Assembly: GCA_000708835.1 (NCBI GenBank)
Contig: DF237078.1
Coordinates: 62,001-126,000, forward strand
DNA length: 64,000 bases
Reading direction: 5' to 3'
Source of the DNA: Klebsormidium nitens
Lineage: Eukaryota > Plantae > Klebsormidiophyceae
The translations under genes were made by a program, and so were the position numbers. A model generated the notes under the pieces. That model ran no database searches. It worked only from the letters and a program-made list of their open reading frames with translations, and was not told where the DNA came from. This document shows, piece after piece, positions 23,001-34,026 of this stretch. Each line of letters starts with the position of its first letter. Positions within the stretch are counted from its first letter, which is position 1.

Positions 23001-23355
23001 CGTATTGCTCATTCTGGTGCAGTATTTCGAGGAGCTGGTCCAGTGCTTCTACCGGCGCCGCGCCCCCGCCCTGTTGGGTGCTTTGGCAGCCTACCTGAAG
23101 GGCAAGCGGGTGGGCAGTCTGCCGGAGTGGAAAGAGGACGCCGGTTCTGCGCCGCAAACAGCGAGCACTTCCGAGAGTGAGGGAACCACTGCGGGGACGG
23201 TTTCTTACGAGGAGTCTGCAGATCCAGAGGAGCAAATACAGAGGAGCTTAGGCGACGGGGGCTGTTCGGTCGGTTTCAGGATAGTTCTGGGCAAGATGGC
23301 GCCCAAGTTGCAAACCCAATTGAGTGAACTGCTGGAGAAATCTTCAGATTCTTAG
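17022..23355 (+). CDS. UBC23/UBC24-like: Large E2/E3-hybrid ubiquitin-conjugating enzyme, UBE2O family (plant UBC23/UBC24-PHO2 class), about 10 exons
   Basis: The N-terminal exon has RLHTEDIV..IGVVTRV + acidic run + LVDRSLMHGDIV..GQSGTV. Middle exons have FAYTHFQLGDRC, DYDFWPEEYV and VSVYELAEHPDYDYRLGDVV. The UBC domain reads WAKRIQTEW..YEGRMDLLRAVIVGAAGTPYHDNLFFFD..NPNLYESGKVCLSLLNTW (catalytic Cys), then VLISLQGLVLVPKPYFNEAGY. Stop at 23355. The start is uncertain: ATG 17022, or an upstream phase-0 exon at about 16683-16754. Confidence 0.93.
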
Positions 23356-23549
23356 TTTGTGTCTGCTCTGTACATTGAGTCGTTTGTAATCACACATTTG
23401 GGAATCGTAAGCAGTAGATGTACAGCAGGACTGCCCTTGTACTCAATTTTTTTCACATCAGCGCTCCCAGCCCCATTTGCAAGGCGACAGCCAACAGCCA
23501 AGCTGTTCGGCGCAACTGAGAAGGCCAACTGATTACATTTTGGGATAGT

Positions 23550-24400
23550 CACGTAGGTTGACTGGCAAAGTCGCGCGCATGCTTATGGTCCGCGAGTCAC
23601 TTGTCATGCACAGGGCGCCATCCGATCAATCTGATGTCACTGTACAAAAAATGAGCTACCAAGTATACCGCAAGACAATCATTTGCAAAATAATTGTTGA
23701 GTGCCTCGACAATCTTGGTTGGTGGATATGTGATGGACGTCGAATTTACGAAGAACGAGTGGTACATGTGCTGGCGGGATCGCGTTTCGCTGACCGTATT
23801 AGCTCGGCTTGATCCATAACGCGGCGCGCCGCGACGCACACCGCTGAAATAGGGCCGCGGTATCATCATGAAGAGCCATGCCATGATGACATATGGTGGC
23901 CCGGCATGCTATAGTATTGCATGGGGGCCGCCCGCAGTGACTGAGCTAGATATCACTCATTCCAGCATGGTCGTATATCGGTATATGTCAATTGGCATGC
24001 GCCACGACGCATTAAACATGTCAGAAAAGCTAGCTAGACGCGGTAGAGCTTCTGAGCTATATTGAACATGTTAGTATATATGCGTCCGACCCTGTCGGGT
24101 GTGTATGACCACATGTGCGCAGCTGCGACCAGTATTTGGATCCTGGCCCGCATCAACCATCACATTTATTAGAGCTCGAGTCTGGGGAGACTTCATGCTG
24201 TCAGCCCATTGGTCCTGTAAGCGCATAACATCTGGAGTCATGGCAACCGTGGACAACAGTGACTGATTTGGATATGTTGCAGTTTTCGACTTCCACATTA
24301 CGTACCGCAATATGGTGGATCAACACTGTACTATCCAGGTTGCAGTATATATGCTCTCTCACTGGTGATTGTGAGTGAAGACAGCCGTTGTTCCCGTATT
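23550..24400. other. Palindrome-rich intergenic tract between convergent genes
   Basis: CGCGGCGCGCCGCG (14-bp perfect palindrome, 23820-23833), AGCTAGCT, GCATGC repeats, ACATGT, TATATA. Non-coding. Confidence 0.6.
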
Positions 24401-24450
24401 CTACTCGTCACACGCGACAGAAGCTGCACATAATGACCTTCGGGTGATCC

Positions 24451-27400
24451 TTACCGCCGTACTGGCTCCTTCCTCATGCCGGACTGGGCACTGACATCGT
24501 CGACACCTTGCAGGTCCCTAAGCACGTCCCGTAGAGCCTGCAGACGTTACCACTTTGTAAGCCGCTTCATTCGTCACTACGCGTCTGGCAAAAGGCAATA
24601 GAAAACAAAAATGGACACAAAGAAACGAGTTGGGCCGGACTAAAGGATGCCACTTGGTTTCCCATGATGACTTTGGCATGACGGACCACGCTGTAGGGTC
24701 CTCAACATCGGTCTTGGCAAGGGTCACTCCAAAGAGAGTTCCGCAGCGCCCTTCTCTACTCACCTGGGCAGCAAATGCTTCCTTGCCGTCAAGCAACGCG
24801 CCCATCGCAGCGTTTCGGTCCTCAAAGACGGAGTAGAACTGCTCAAAGAAGGCAGCCGTCGACTCAACCTGGAGCGGGTCATCGGCGGCTGCTGCTTCTC
24901 TCGGTTCCAATTTGTCAAAGTCGTCGAAGCGACTCGTCAGCAGTTCCGCAGCGACGGGCGATAGGCCGTACAAGATGAGCCGTTCCAAGGCCCGCGGAAA
25001 AGCGGTCTGCAGCACACAAAGGTTAAGATGAAGACGTCCGAACAGGCGCTGGGGGTTGCCTGACCCAATCAGGCAACGGTGTTGAGCGCGCAGGCAATGG
25101 TTGCGCCTTTCGATCCTTTAGAAGTCACGAAGACAGCGTGCGGCGAGGAACGTGTCCCCAGGGGCAAAGCCGAGGCTCGATAGACGTACGATCATAATTG
25201 CCAAGACACCGTCAGAAAGAGCCCCGACATAGGGTTCCACATACAAGTCGAAAAAAGATTGTTTCTCAGCCTGACGGATGAATGAGCACCGATTCGTCCA
25301 AGAGCCACTCTTTTTAGCGGAAAGATACGCCCCTGACGAAGCGATCAATCCTCACCGCCATGGCCAGAAGCACTCTCTGCAGCTTGCCCGCCTGGCTCGT
25401 CGCAAAGACGCCGGCCACCGTGTCCGTCTCTTGGGCCCCTTCTCCTTCTTCTTCCCCGCTTCCGTTTCCGCCTTCAACCCCCACTGCTCCCTCTCCTGAT
25501 TGCCCGTCAGAGCGCTCGTCATCTGTTCCCGGACTTCGCAAGCTTCCGCAGTGTTGGCATCCCCCGGTCCCGGCTAAGTCAGTTCCGTTCCGGCGACTGT
25601 CCGTTCCGGTCCTGCTGCCGGTCCCCGCGTGCAGCACCAGCGCTTGCAGCAGTTGTGCTTCCTCCGTTGAAAGCGACTCGACCACTCGCCGCCTCTTCCG
25701 CGCGGCTGCGCTCATCGTCTCACTTGCAGTCTCGCCAGCTTGAGACTCCCCCTTCCCCCCGGTCTGATCGCTATTTCCAAGCCCTCTTGTTCCGGGAGGG
25801 ACGCTAGACAGCTCTGTTTCTCCGTGGGCACCTAATCCTTCTTTCGCTGCAGCACTAGTCGGTTCAGTTGATGGAAGGCCCGGCAGGCCTGGCGTTGGTG
25901 GACTACTCAAATTGCTAGGGTCGAAGCGGTCGTCGCTTGCCACTTTCGCGGGACTGACGAAACTATCTAATGAAGCAGCTACTCGGCCTATCGCCTCGTT
26001 ACTGGCTCCGCCCGCCTGTTGGGCCCCCGTCTCTGTTCCCTTCAGCAGTTCTCTCGATCCTCCGGGGTCACTAACCGGTTGATGCCTCTTCTTCCCTTCT
26101 GAAACAGGGTCGTTTTTGGCAGCAGCGGCCTTCTTGCCGCCCCTTTTCTTCCTCGCCTTAGCTGTCGTGGACGCAGTCACTGGAGAAGCTTCTTCCGGCT
26201 CTCGTGAAGCAGCTCCCGAAGCGGTAGTGCTTGGGAGCGTCATGTTTGCGCTTTCAGCAGGAAGGTGGGAGGCAGCGCTTTGAGACGGAGCTGGGGGGTT
26301 TGCCGGCACGAAGCTTGCTGTCCGGTAAGGAAGTACAGAGGCCAGCCGTCTCTTCTGCAGAACATGAGAGGATTACATGAGGGGAGGAGCTGTGGGCTTC
26401 CTACGAAGGGGTGGTTAGACGCCAAACGAAGCGGTCTCGATGCCCTTTGGTTGAGATGTTATGCGAAAGTCGGAAGCAGCCAATCCGGGGGTAAGCTAGC
26501 CGTTTTTGGTGCCACTCGTGCCTCGAGCCCTCCCTGTTCGGAAACCTTTCTTGGACGACCTGCTGATGTCTCAAGTTGCTGACGCTATCACGTGGACGTT
26601 CGAGAATGAGGCACTAGACCTTAGCGTGGAGACGTCTCCCCTCCGCAGGATGCATCGGCAACTGCAGATTCTTGAGAGACGTAAGTCTTCCCGCCGCTGC
26701 TTAATGCAATTTAGGGTCATTTTATGATTTGAATCCGGCACTTGCCCCATTATATTAAGGCGTAGCTGTCCCCGGAAACGAACCTTCGCGGAGGCCTGGA
26801 ACGAGGTAACCCTTAAACTGACCTTTTCCGTGAAGAGCAGGCTGGCGATGGCTTGGCGCGCATAGTAGGCGTCCATGTGGGTGCCCAGCATGGCAGAGAA
26901 GGCGGACTGCCACCAGATGTTCACAGCAATCGTGGTGCCGCCGCTGTCGACCTGGTGCCACCTGGCAGACAAGGACGGGGGACACGTGTCATGATTCGCA
27001 TCCTGGAAGGACAGAGGTGGAGTACCCCAAAGAGTGGATTGCGACTTTCGGAGGTTGCTTCATTTCTCTGGAGAAACAAGACGGTGGAAACAAGGCCTCA
27101 AAGTCTTGAAGGCTCCCTGACACTCGGGACGCAAGCTGTTGGAATGTCGACTCTGCAGCTGAGGCCCGAGTTAGCAGGACACCGTCGTCGAGAGTGGACG
27201 TACAAACTACAGAGTGAAGTTTTCGATGAAAACGGAAGAGATGGAGCGGAGTCGAGGATTAAGGGCAGAGTCGAGGCTAAGCCATTCGCCTCCATTAAAG
27301 CAGGACGCCTTCAGGTTATCATTCAAAGGCAAAGGGACGTCATGGAAGCAAGTGCCAGCACCTCCCTTACCATCCCTCGGGGATGAAGAGCGCGTCCCCC

Positions 27401-29894
27401 GGCCCCACTCGCACCGTTCTGCAGCTCTGGAGGACGTCCCGGTAGTTGGGGTACTGGGCATGGTCGGGGGCCGCAAAGTTGACTGCACTGCATGAGTACA
27501 ATTATGGTTGAAATGAGTCGCTTAACAGAAAGGGCGAACGCGTGCTAAAAGACACTCTTGAATTTTGGAACTCTTCCAAAGTCTAACGTAAGCAGATGAT
27601 ACGAACAGCTAGGAATTCAATTGCGTGTGACAAAGCTCCAATATCTGTGGTCACATGGTCCTTTTGCGTCGACATAACCGATGTCGTGCCAATAGCCGAC
27701 AAGCTTCTGTCTGCTCATGCGAAACCCGGAAAAAGTGTTGGTCAAAACTGCTTGACCACTCCCGCTCTCGCATTGATGTAGCAAAGTGTCTCGCATTTCA
27801 ATGAGGCTCGTTTGAGGGATAATGTCGGGAACGCAGGTTGGAACTCGCTTTCTAAAAACATTCATGAGACACGGAATCAGGTGCATTAGCTGGTCCTACC
27901 TATGGTTGAACGCCTCGCCATGCAAGGCCATCGGATACAACCCCGGCGTAGCCCGCGGGTCCCAAAGCGACACTGTACGACACAGTGACACAGTCAGAAC
28001 TTTGCAGCTTCATCGTAGAGAGGCGGGTCCAGAGCTCCTTCTCGGACGCACTTGTATTGCTGGCAACGCTGCCTGCATGGGCTCTTGCCTTGTTTACCTT
28101 GCATTTCAAGCGCTTTGGCTAAGGGGATATTGGCGAGAGTATCGCTCCAGACACCAGCACGGGTTCAACCGCGTTTCAAAAACCGTGTTCTCGACGGTGA
28201 TAAACAGAGGCCATCCAGTTCCATCGCACACCTCGATCCCAGCACGGCTCAAGACACATCTGCGAAGGTGTGGGTCGTCCACCTGTCTTCTCTCCTGCCA
28301 CCACGCAGAGCAGATTCTGGTACGGGTCGTAGTGCGTGCTTGACTTGGAGCCGTTGACGCTGACCCACAGGTTGATGTTGGTGACCTTCTCATCGTCCAG
28401 GAACGAGGGCTGCGGAGACACGTCTTAGTAAGCTTCCTCTCGCGTCTGATCGATGCTCCCACCCTTCAAGGAGATGGCTTTTGAAGACGAGAGAGCAAAC
28501 CTGAGTATAGCCAAGGGTACTGGTATCTCAAAAGTACAGCTCAACCAGGATGTATGAACGGCCGCTGATTGAACGCCGAGTCAAGAAGAAGACTTAAGGA
28601 ACTTCACGTTTCTCATGCGGCTCAGAAAACTTTCTCTTGAGTAGCCCAGCCAGCAGATGATGCCCTCACCTACCATGCGGACGTCCTCGAGGAGGGGGGC
28701 CAACGGCTGCGGACGTTCTTGCTCCACGTCCAGAATTGGAGACTGCACGAAGCCAGCCGCTGTTGTAAACAACCCAATCAACCATGTCGAACAAAGCTTC
28801 TGAAAGCACACTTCTAGAAGGGCCAATAGTCTTCCGATGCTCGAGAAATAGAGAGGTCAAAGGAAGTCTGTAGCAACTGACAGGCAACAGTTGTGGAAAT
28901 TGAGAAAGACACCATACTTGCGCAAGGTAAAGCTGCTCCCTCTCGCCATCCTCCGCTTGACTGGCGGCAGCTTGCGCCATCTGTAGGAAGTCCTTGAACG
29001 TAGCTCCAATCTGCCACAGAAGCGAAACAGACGAGTTCGAATCAACAGGAAGGCCCCAAAAACAATGTACGAACGTGACTCTGTGCTCGAGTGGTGCTTG
29101 CCCTCCAGTGCACATCAAAACCTTTTACCAACCGGCAAATTTGCAATACGTACTGCTAAACTTCCGACCTGATAACCTGCGAACTTCCGCTGGACCTCAT
29201 GGGACAAGGAGGCGTAGTTCCTTACGGATCCCAAGTGGTTCTGACTCTTGGTTAACTTGACCATCCAAGTCGAATTTAGAGGTCAGCTTCAAGCAGCTTG
29301 AGTGAAGAGGAGTATGTTTCAAGGGGAATGCAGGGCTTTCAGAAGATTCGCCGTAGCTCCATGTTCTCCATCAACAGGTTGTGTCACCATCAGATCCTTA
29401 CTGCAAACAAGTGGAAGCACTGGCTATGACCAAAGGCACATCCTGGTCCACGTTTCCCACCGGGTTGCTTACCAAGCGCTTGCTGCGCACATCCCCATAG
29501 AACGCCTCCCCTAGAGGTGCCACCATCACCTGCACGTCAGCCTCGCCAGCCAAATCCTGCAGGGCCAAAAACAGCACAAATTTCTCTCTCTGGCAACCTT
29601 ACGAGACTTTCATGATTTAGAAACACCAAAGATGAGAGCTTATCACAGCACTTGATGTGGCCCTTTGTAACGTGGCCCAAAAGATGATCGATGGCGATCA
29701 ACAGATTGATGATCGAAAACTTTGTTTCTCATTTCGAAGGCGTTGTGGCAAGACTCCACAGTGACATGCTACTGGCCAGCTGCCTTGAGAAGAGGGCGAG
29801 TCAGCTTGGTCAATTACCTCAAGCCTGCTGAAGCCACCAGCTGCAGGATCCCACTTGGCGATTGCTGGCCAGTGTGCCAGAGCTCCCCGGATGA
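24451..29894 (-). CDS. JMJ31-like: JmjC-domain-only 2-oxoglutarate/Fe(II) oxygenase, JMJ31-like (5' end unresolved, upstream of 29894)
   Basis: Exons spell VIRGALAHWPAIAKW, FYGDVRS, QLYLAQ, NINLWVSVNGSKSSTHYDPYQNLLCVVAG (HxD), LYPMALHGEAFNHS, GPGDALFIPEGW|WHQVDS (distal His), AVNIWW..HMDAYY, LQRVLLAMA|TAFPRALERLILYGLSPVAAELLT and FFEQFYSVFED. The last exon (24537-24451) ends at TAA. Splice phases were checked for the 3' exons. Confidence 0.9.
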
Positions 29895-31328
29895 CCTGCG
29901 AGGTGGGAGGAAGGGGTCAAAGCTTGATCATTGATTGTTTCACATCCAGGAACTCACGAAGGCCGCTTGATAGATCTCCCAGTGCCGACTTCTCAACACG
30001 TGGGAGACCAAGGCTGCGGCTTAAGGGTGGGGCTTGGGTGGAGCGTCACCAAGGCTGCTCAACCTTTAAAACAGCAACCGCTTCTTGAGGCGTCCATCGA
30101 TGAACTCAGATGTTCTCTTTCGGTTGGACTTTCGCCAGACTCATATCAGACCATGCAATTGAACCCCAACCTGTTTGTCCCCGAGCTTATGTGCATTTCC
30201 GCATCCGGTTCAAGTTTACTGACTCAAAATTGAAAGCCCTCCTCACCATGGGCTGACACAGGCTGATCTGCTCTCTCATTTGCTGTCTCAGGTCAGTAGT
30301 CTCAAGGTCCACCACCAATACAGCCTGGTCCATGACGGCCTAAACTTACTTCAGCCTGCACACAGCGTCTTTGGGTCATTTCCTTCTCCATCTATCTATA
30401 CAGAGAGACTTAATACCACCATTCTCCGGCTTTGCCCAACCTCATTAGGAGTGCCTCAACATTTTTGGGGCTCATCAATTAACGAAAGCCTAAAAGGCCT
30501 GAACTCTTGATGACTGAAACACAACAACGGGATACAGAAGGTAAACCACAAATAGGGCTTCGCCGTGAGGGGGATGAATGTCAACGTCGATCAGGATATT
30601 ACCAAAAACATTTTGGTAGAGATATTGTTGGAAGACTCCTAAATTTGGGAGGGAGCGCAAAATGCCATGAGAGAACAACAAAAATCTCATCATCTGTAAA
30701 CCATTTGCTAGCAAGCTTCGATCAAAAAAAATTCCTTGTCGAATAAACGCCCAAAAAGCAACGCACCTTTAGGCGCACAGAACCAGCATATAGGCCTTCT
30801 TCTTGCCAGAAGACAGGCTGATACTGACAGGTATGGCGCGCTTGCAGTAGCTAGGCCCAGGAACACTCTCGCTCCGCTGTTGAACCAGCCTGCAACCAGC
30901 AGAAAGTGCTGGACTCTACTGCATGCTAGTCCTGGAAAAGTGCTGCGGGCACATTGTTTGGCAAACGCCTCGTCATTAAATTTCCGACAAATATCTCGGT
31001 CATACATTTAGAACATGAACGGCCGGAAATGGCAAGTACTTGAAACTGAGTTGCGCAGACGAAACTACTTTTGGCAGAACAAAAAAGGTTATATAGGAAT
31101 TCTGACGGTCAGAGTGTTGGTCAAAGGAAGGCAGGACGAGCTGCACTTCAGCCTCTGAGTCTCTGTGGCTGGGGCGTCTCAGCGGAAGAGAGGGTGGCAT
31201 CCTGGGCTGTCTTCATGGTGTTCAATTGACAAGTCGTTCCGGCTTTGCTGGTGGTACATTTCGATCTCAGTATCTGAGTGCAATCAGGTACCGAACAGAC
31301 GCAGCTCCAAGCCCGCTCCAAGTAGAAT

Positions 31329-32324
31329 ATGGCAAGGTTCAATGCAAACGCGTGGTGCCCAGGAGAACCTGCTTCCAGTGCAAGTCAAAAGCTTCCGTTT
31401 GCCTGTCTGCCACCACCAGATGAAGCCAGTGGTGCTGCTTTGCTACAAGAGACAAGACAATTGATCGAGCGGATTGGCAATGCATTGGGCTGGTTGCGGA
31501 GACTTGGCCTGCCAAAGGTAAGTGTTCGTCCGCTGAATGGACTTTCAAGACTGCTAGTTGCGTATTGAGGGTCCGCTTGCATTTATGACTAAGAAAAAGA
31601 ATGATGTCATCTGCTCGCACCTAATGGGGTACATGGTGTCAGGACAGATTCACATGCCGCCCTAGACAAGCTCTACAATCAAAGAGGAGATTACCATTTA
31701 CTTAATTGCAACTTTCCTCGCCCCTAACGTAGTTCAGGACAGGCTCATCAAGGTAATTCAGCCACAACCGAAACTGTTGCGGTCCTTGCAACATGTTCAA
31801 TGCTCAACTGGATTGAGTAAGTTTTATCTTCTTCTCATGTACTTCTTTGCGTTTTCTCTTGATGATTCCATCATGGTCGTTGCTTGTATACTGGGCTGAA
31901 AGTATGACATCTTAGAGCACTTGCATTCGTTTCAGCAAGAATGTCAGCAAACAGGAGGCATGAAATCTTCGTTCATTATCATCAGATGCTGTACACAAGT
32001 CAAAAAGGCAAACTCTCCAGTTCAAGGTCTACGTCGTGGGGCCAGCCTTAGCATTGAGCATATACTTTGTTGACTCTCCGCTTGCAGACATCATGGCGAA
32101 ACAAGTGTCCCTATTCTCGTCCAAGACCGGAGTTTCTTGCCAAGGGCTTGAAGTACCCGCCAAAGAAACTGGAGTTTGAAAGCGAAGAGGAACGGCGGCA
32201 ATTTATGCGGAAGGCAAGAGCACAAGGGAAATTTATGTTTGGATCGCCACCAACATACTCTTTTATGATTGCAAACTTGGCTTTCATTGCATTGATTGTC
32301 TGGCATGATCAAGGAACGATATAA
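31329..32324 (+). CDS. Small hypothetical protein with a C-terminal hydrophobic (TM-like) segment
   Basis: Exon 31329-31518 (MARFNANAW..LGWLRRLGLPK, donor GTAAGT) joins in phase 0 to the exon from about 32089 (TSWRNKCPY..EEERRQFMRKARAQGKFMFGSPPTYSFMIANLAFIALIVWHDQGTI*). A 15-nt micro-exon DRLIK at about 31738-31752 is possible. No family recognised. Confidence 0.5.
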
Positions 32325-32329
32325 TACGT

Positions 32330-32880
32330 CGTTGATCAGCAGCGGTATAGGTAGTGAGCACTTGTCCTTCCTTGTGTTCGGGTACTACTAAGTGTTCATC
32401 GACATTGTACAGTTATACCGAGGTGACTGTTTGTAAAGTACCGCGCCGGCCTTGCATGCTTTGAGGGCAAGCTGCTGAACGTAGTCACAAGGCCACGGAT
32501 ATGTCCAAGCATTGCGCAGCTGCACAATTCGGACAGAGTTTCACAATTCAAGTCTCAGTAGTATTTTGCAGATCGAACGTAAGTTTTAGCAATTGCCATG
32601 ATGGTGCCCTGATGGTACTACACATTTAGTCGCTTTCGGATTTCGACTGCGCTGAGCCTGCATATTCATGATTAGTATATAGTCCATTTGTGTCCTCAGA
32701 CACAAAATATGATGCTGCAGAATGGCTCGACCATTGCGGCGGCGGGTCAAAGACTCAAAGCCTGGCCTTATATAGAGAATCCGCTTGTAAACAGATTATT
32801 GTTGGGTGCCAATCTCGGGTGGACATGTGAATTCTGAACATCAAGCGTATAAGCTGCAGCATGTGGCTGTAAGTCTTCAT
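32330..32880. other. Palindrome-rich intergenic tract
   Basis: Same compositional signature (GCATGC, GGATATGTCC, GCGCAGCTGC, TATATA, AGTACT-like words). It follows the stop at 32324. Confidence 0.45.
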
Positions 32881-32930
32881 TGCAATTGAGAAAACGTGTG
32901 CTAGTCGACTTTGTCAGGCGGCCCAAAGCT

Positions 32931-33702
32931 TTACAGGAGCTCTAAGTTCGTGGCTAGCTTCAAGGATTTGGACATCGCAGAAGGACAGACCGTAGTGGCG
33001 AGGTGTCGCACAATGCGATCCACGGTGATGATTTGGTCATCTAAAACTGCGGGCGGGACTGCGGGATCGATGAGTGTACTCCTTTCTGATAGCCGCTTGC
33101 GGATTTAACAGATTGACTGATTCAGTGAGCGTAAGTGGCCTGCAGCATTGAGTTGTCTGTGTCCATTTATGTTTGACGAATGGCTGATGACTCCTAGTCG
33201 GCGGCCAAGCGTTACGTCAGCGCGTACTAAGGCTTGTTGCAACACGCCTTGACTGTTTAGAAGCGCTTGCCAATAATCATAGCCGCATTGGGATCTCTGG
33301 AGCACGGACGAAGTTTCAAGACCACGGTGACAATACTAGAGCAGACTTGCCCGAAACACGAGGAGGCTGCCGATTCCGAAGCTTCATTCCGCGAAAGCAG
33401 ATTGTTGGCCGATTCAATGCTATGTACATCGGTCTGCAGTCAGCCAATCAAGAGCATAATACATCAACTTGCGACAGAAGTTTCAGCACACGGCCAGAAA
33501 ACAAGTCGGCCAGTCGGCAAGCTGGCCAATGGCAACTTTGTACGTAGGATGAAGTTCGGGCCCCAGGCCCAGGGATCACCTTGCTCGAACGGAGACGATG
33601 ATACCTGGCAATCTGGTGCACGAAATTTTGCATACGGATATCCTCTGCGTGCCCAGCTTTGTCCACGTGGCTCGTCTGACCTCGGTAGAGACTTTCGGCC
33701 AT
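32931..33702 (-). CDS. Tentative 3-exon hypothetical protein (about 111 aa)
   Basis: Exons 33702-33605, 33433-33351 and 33085-32931 join in compatible phases (2, 1), with one GT and one GC donor. Translation: MAESLYRGQTSH..QNFVHQIARPMYIALNRP..SERSTLIDPAVPPAVLDDQIITVDRIVRHLATTVCPSAMSKSLKLATNLELL*. Sites were picked by eye and no homology was recognised. Confidence 0.3.
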
Positions 33703-34026
33703 GCTCTTCAGTGCTGCACAGGAGTTTCAACCCGCATCGCAAAGCGCGGGTGCCCAGGTGGCAATCCTCCCGATCATGGAAACTCACTCGTGCAGAGGAG
33801 ATGGCGCGAAGCGGGCACTAGGTACCGTTGTCCTAAAAGCATGCTTTCGACCATAGATTATTACATGATTGGGATACGTATACCGCAAGCTTGTTGCGCC
33901 TGGCACAAGAGGCGGCTAAAACATGAAGTTTGTCTAAGAGGACGGGTCATTTGCAACCAGCTATGTCTATTGCTGCTACTGTCTACATCTCTGGCCCAGT
34001 CTCCATCAGCACTGGCAGCAATTCCG

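Noticed and set aside
31000-31200. Minus-strand ORF ending ..LPFPA as a candidate first exon of JMJ31
   Set aside because: The donor (GTTCAT) is weak, the intron would be about 1.1 kb and the match to the expected N-terminus is marginal. The JMJ31 5' end is left unresolved.
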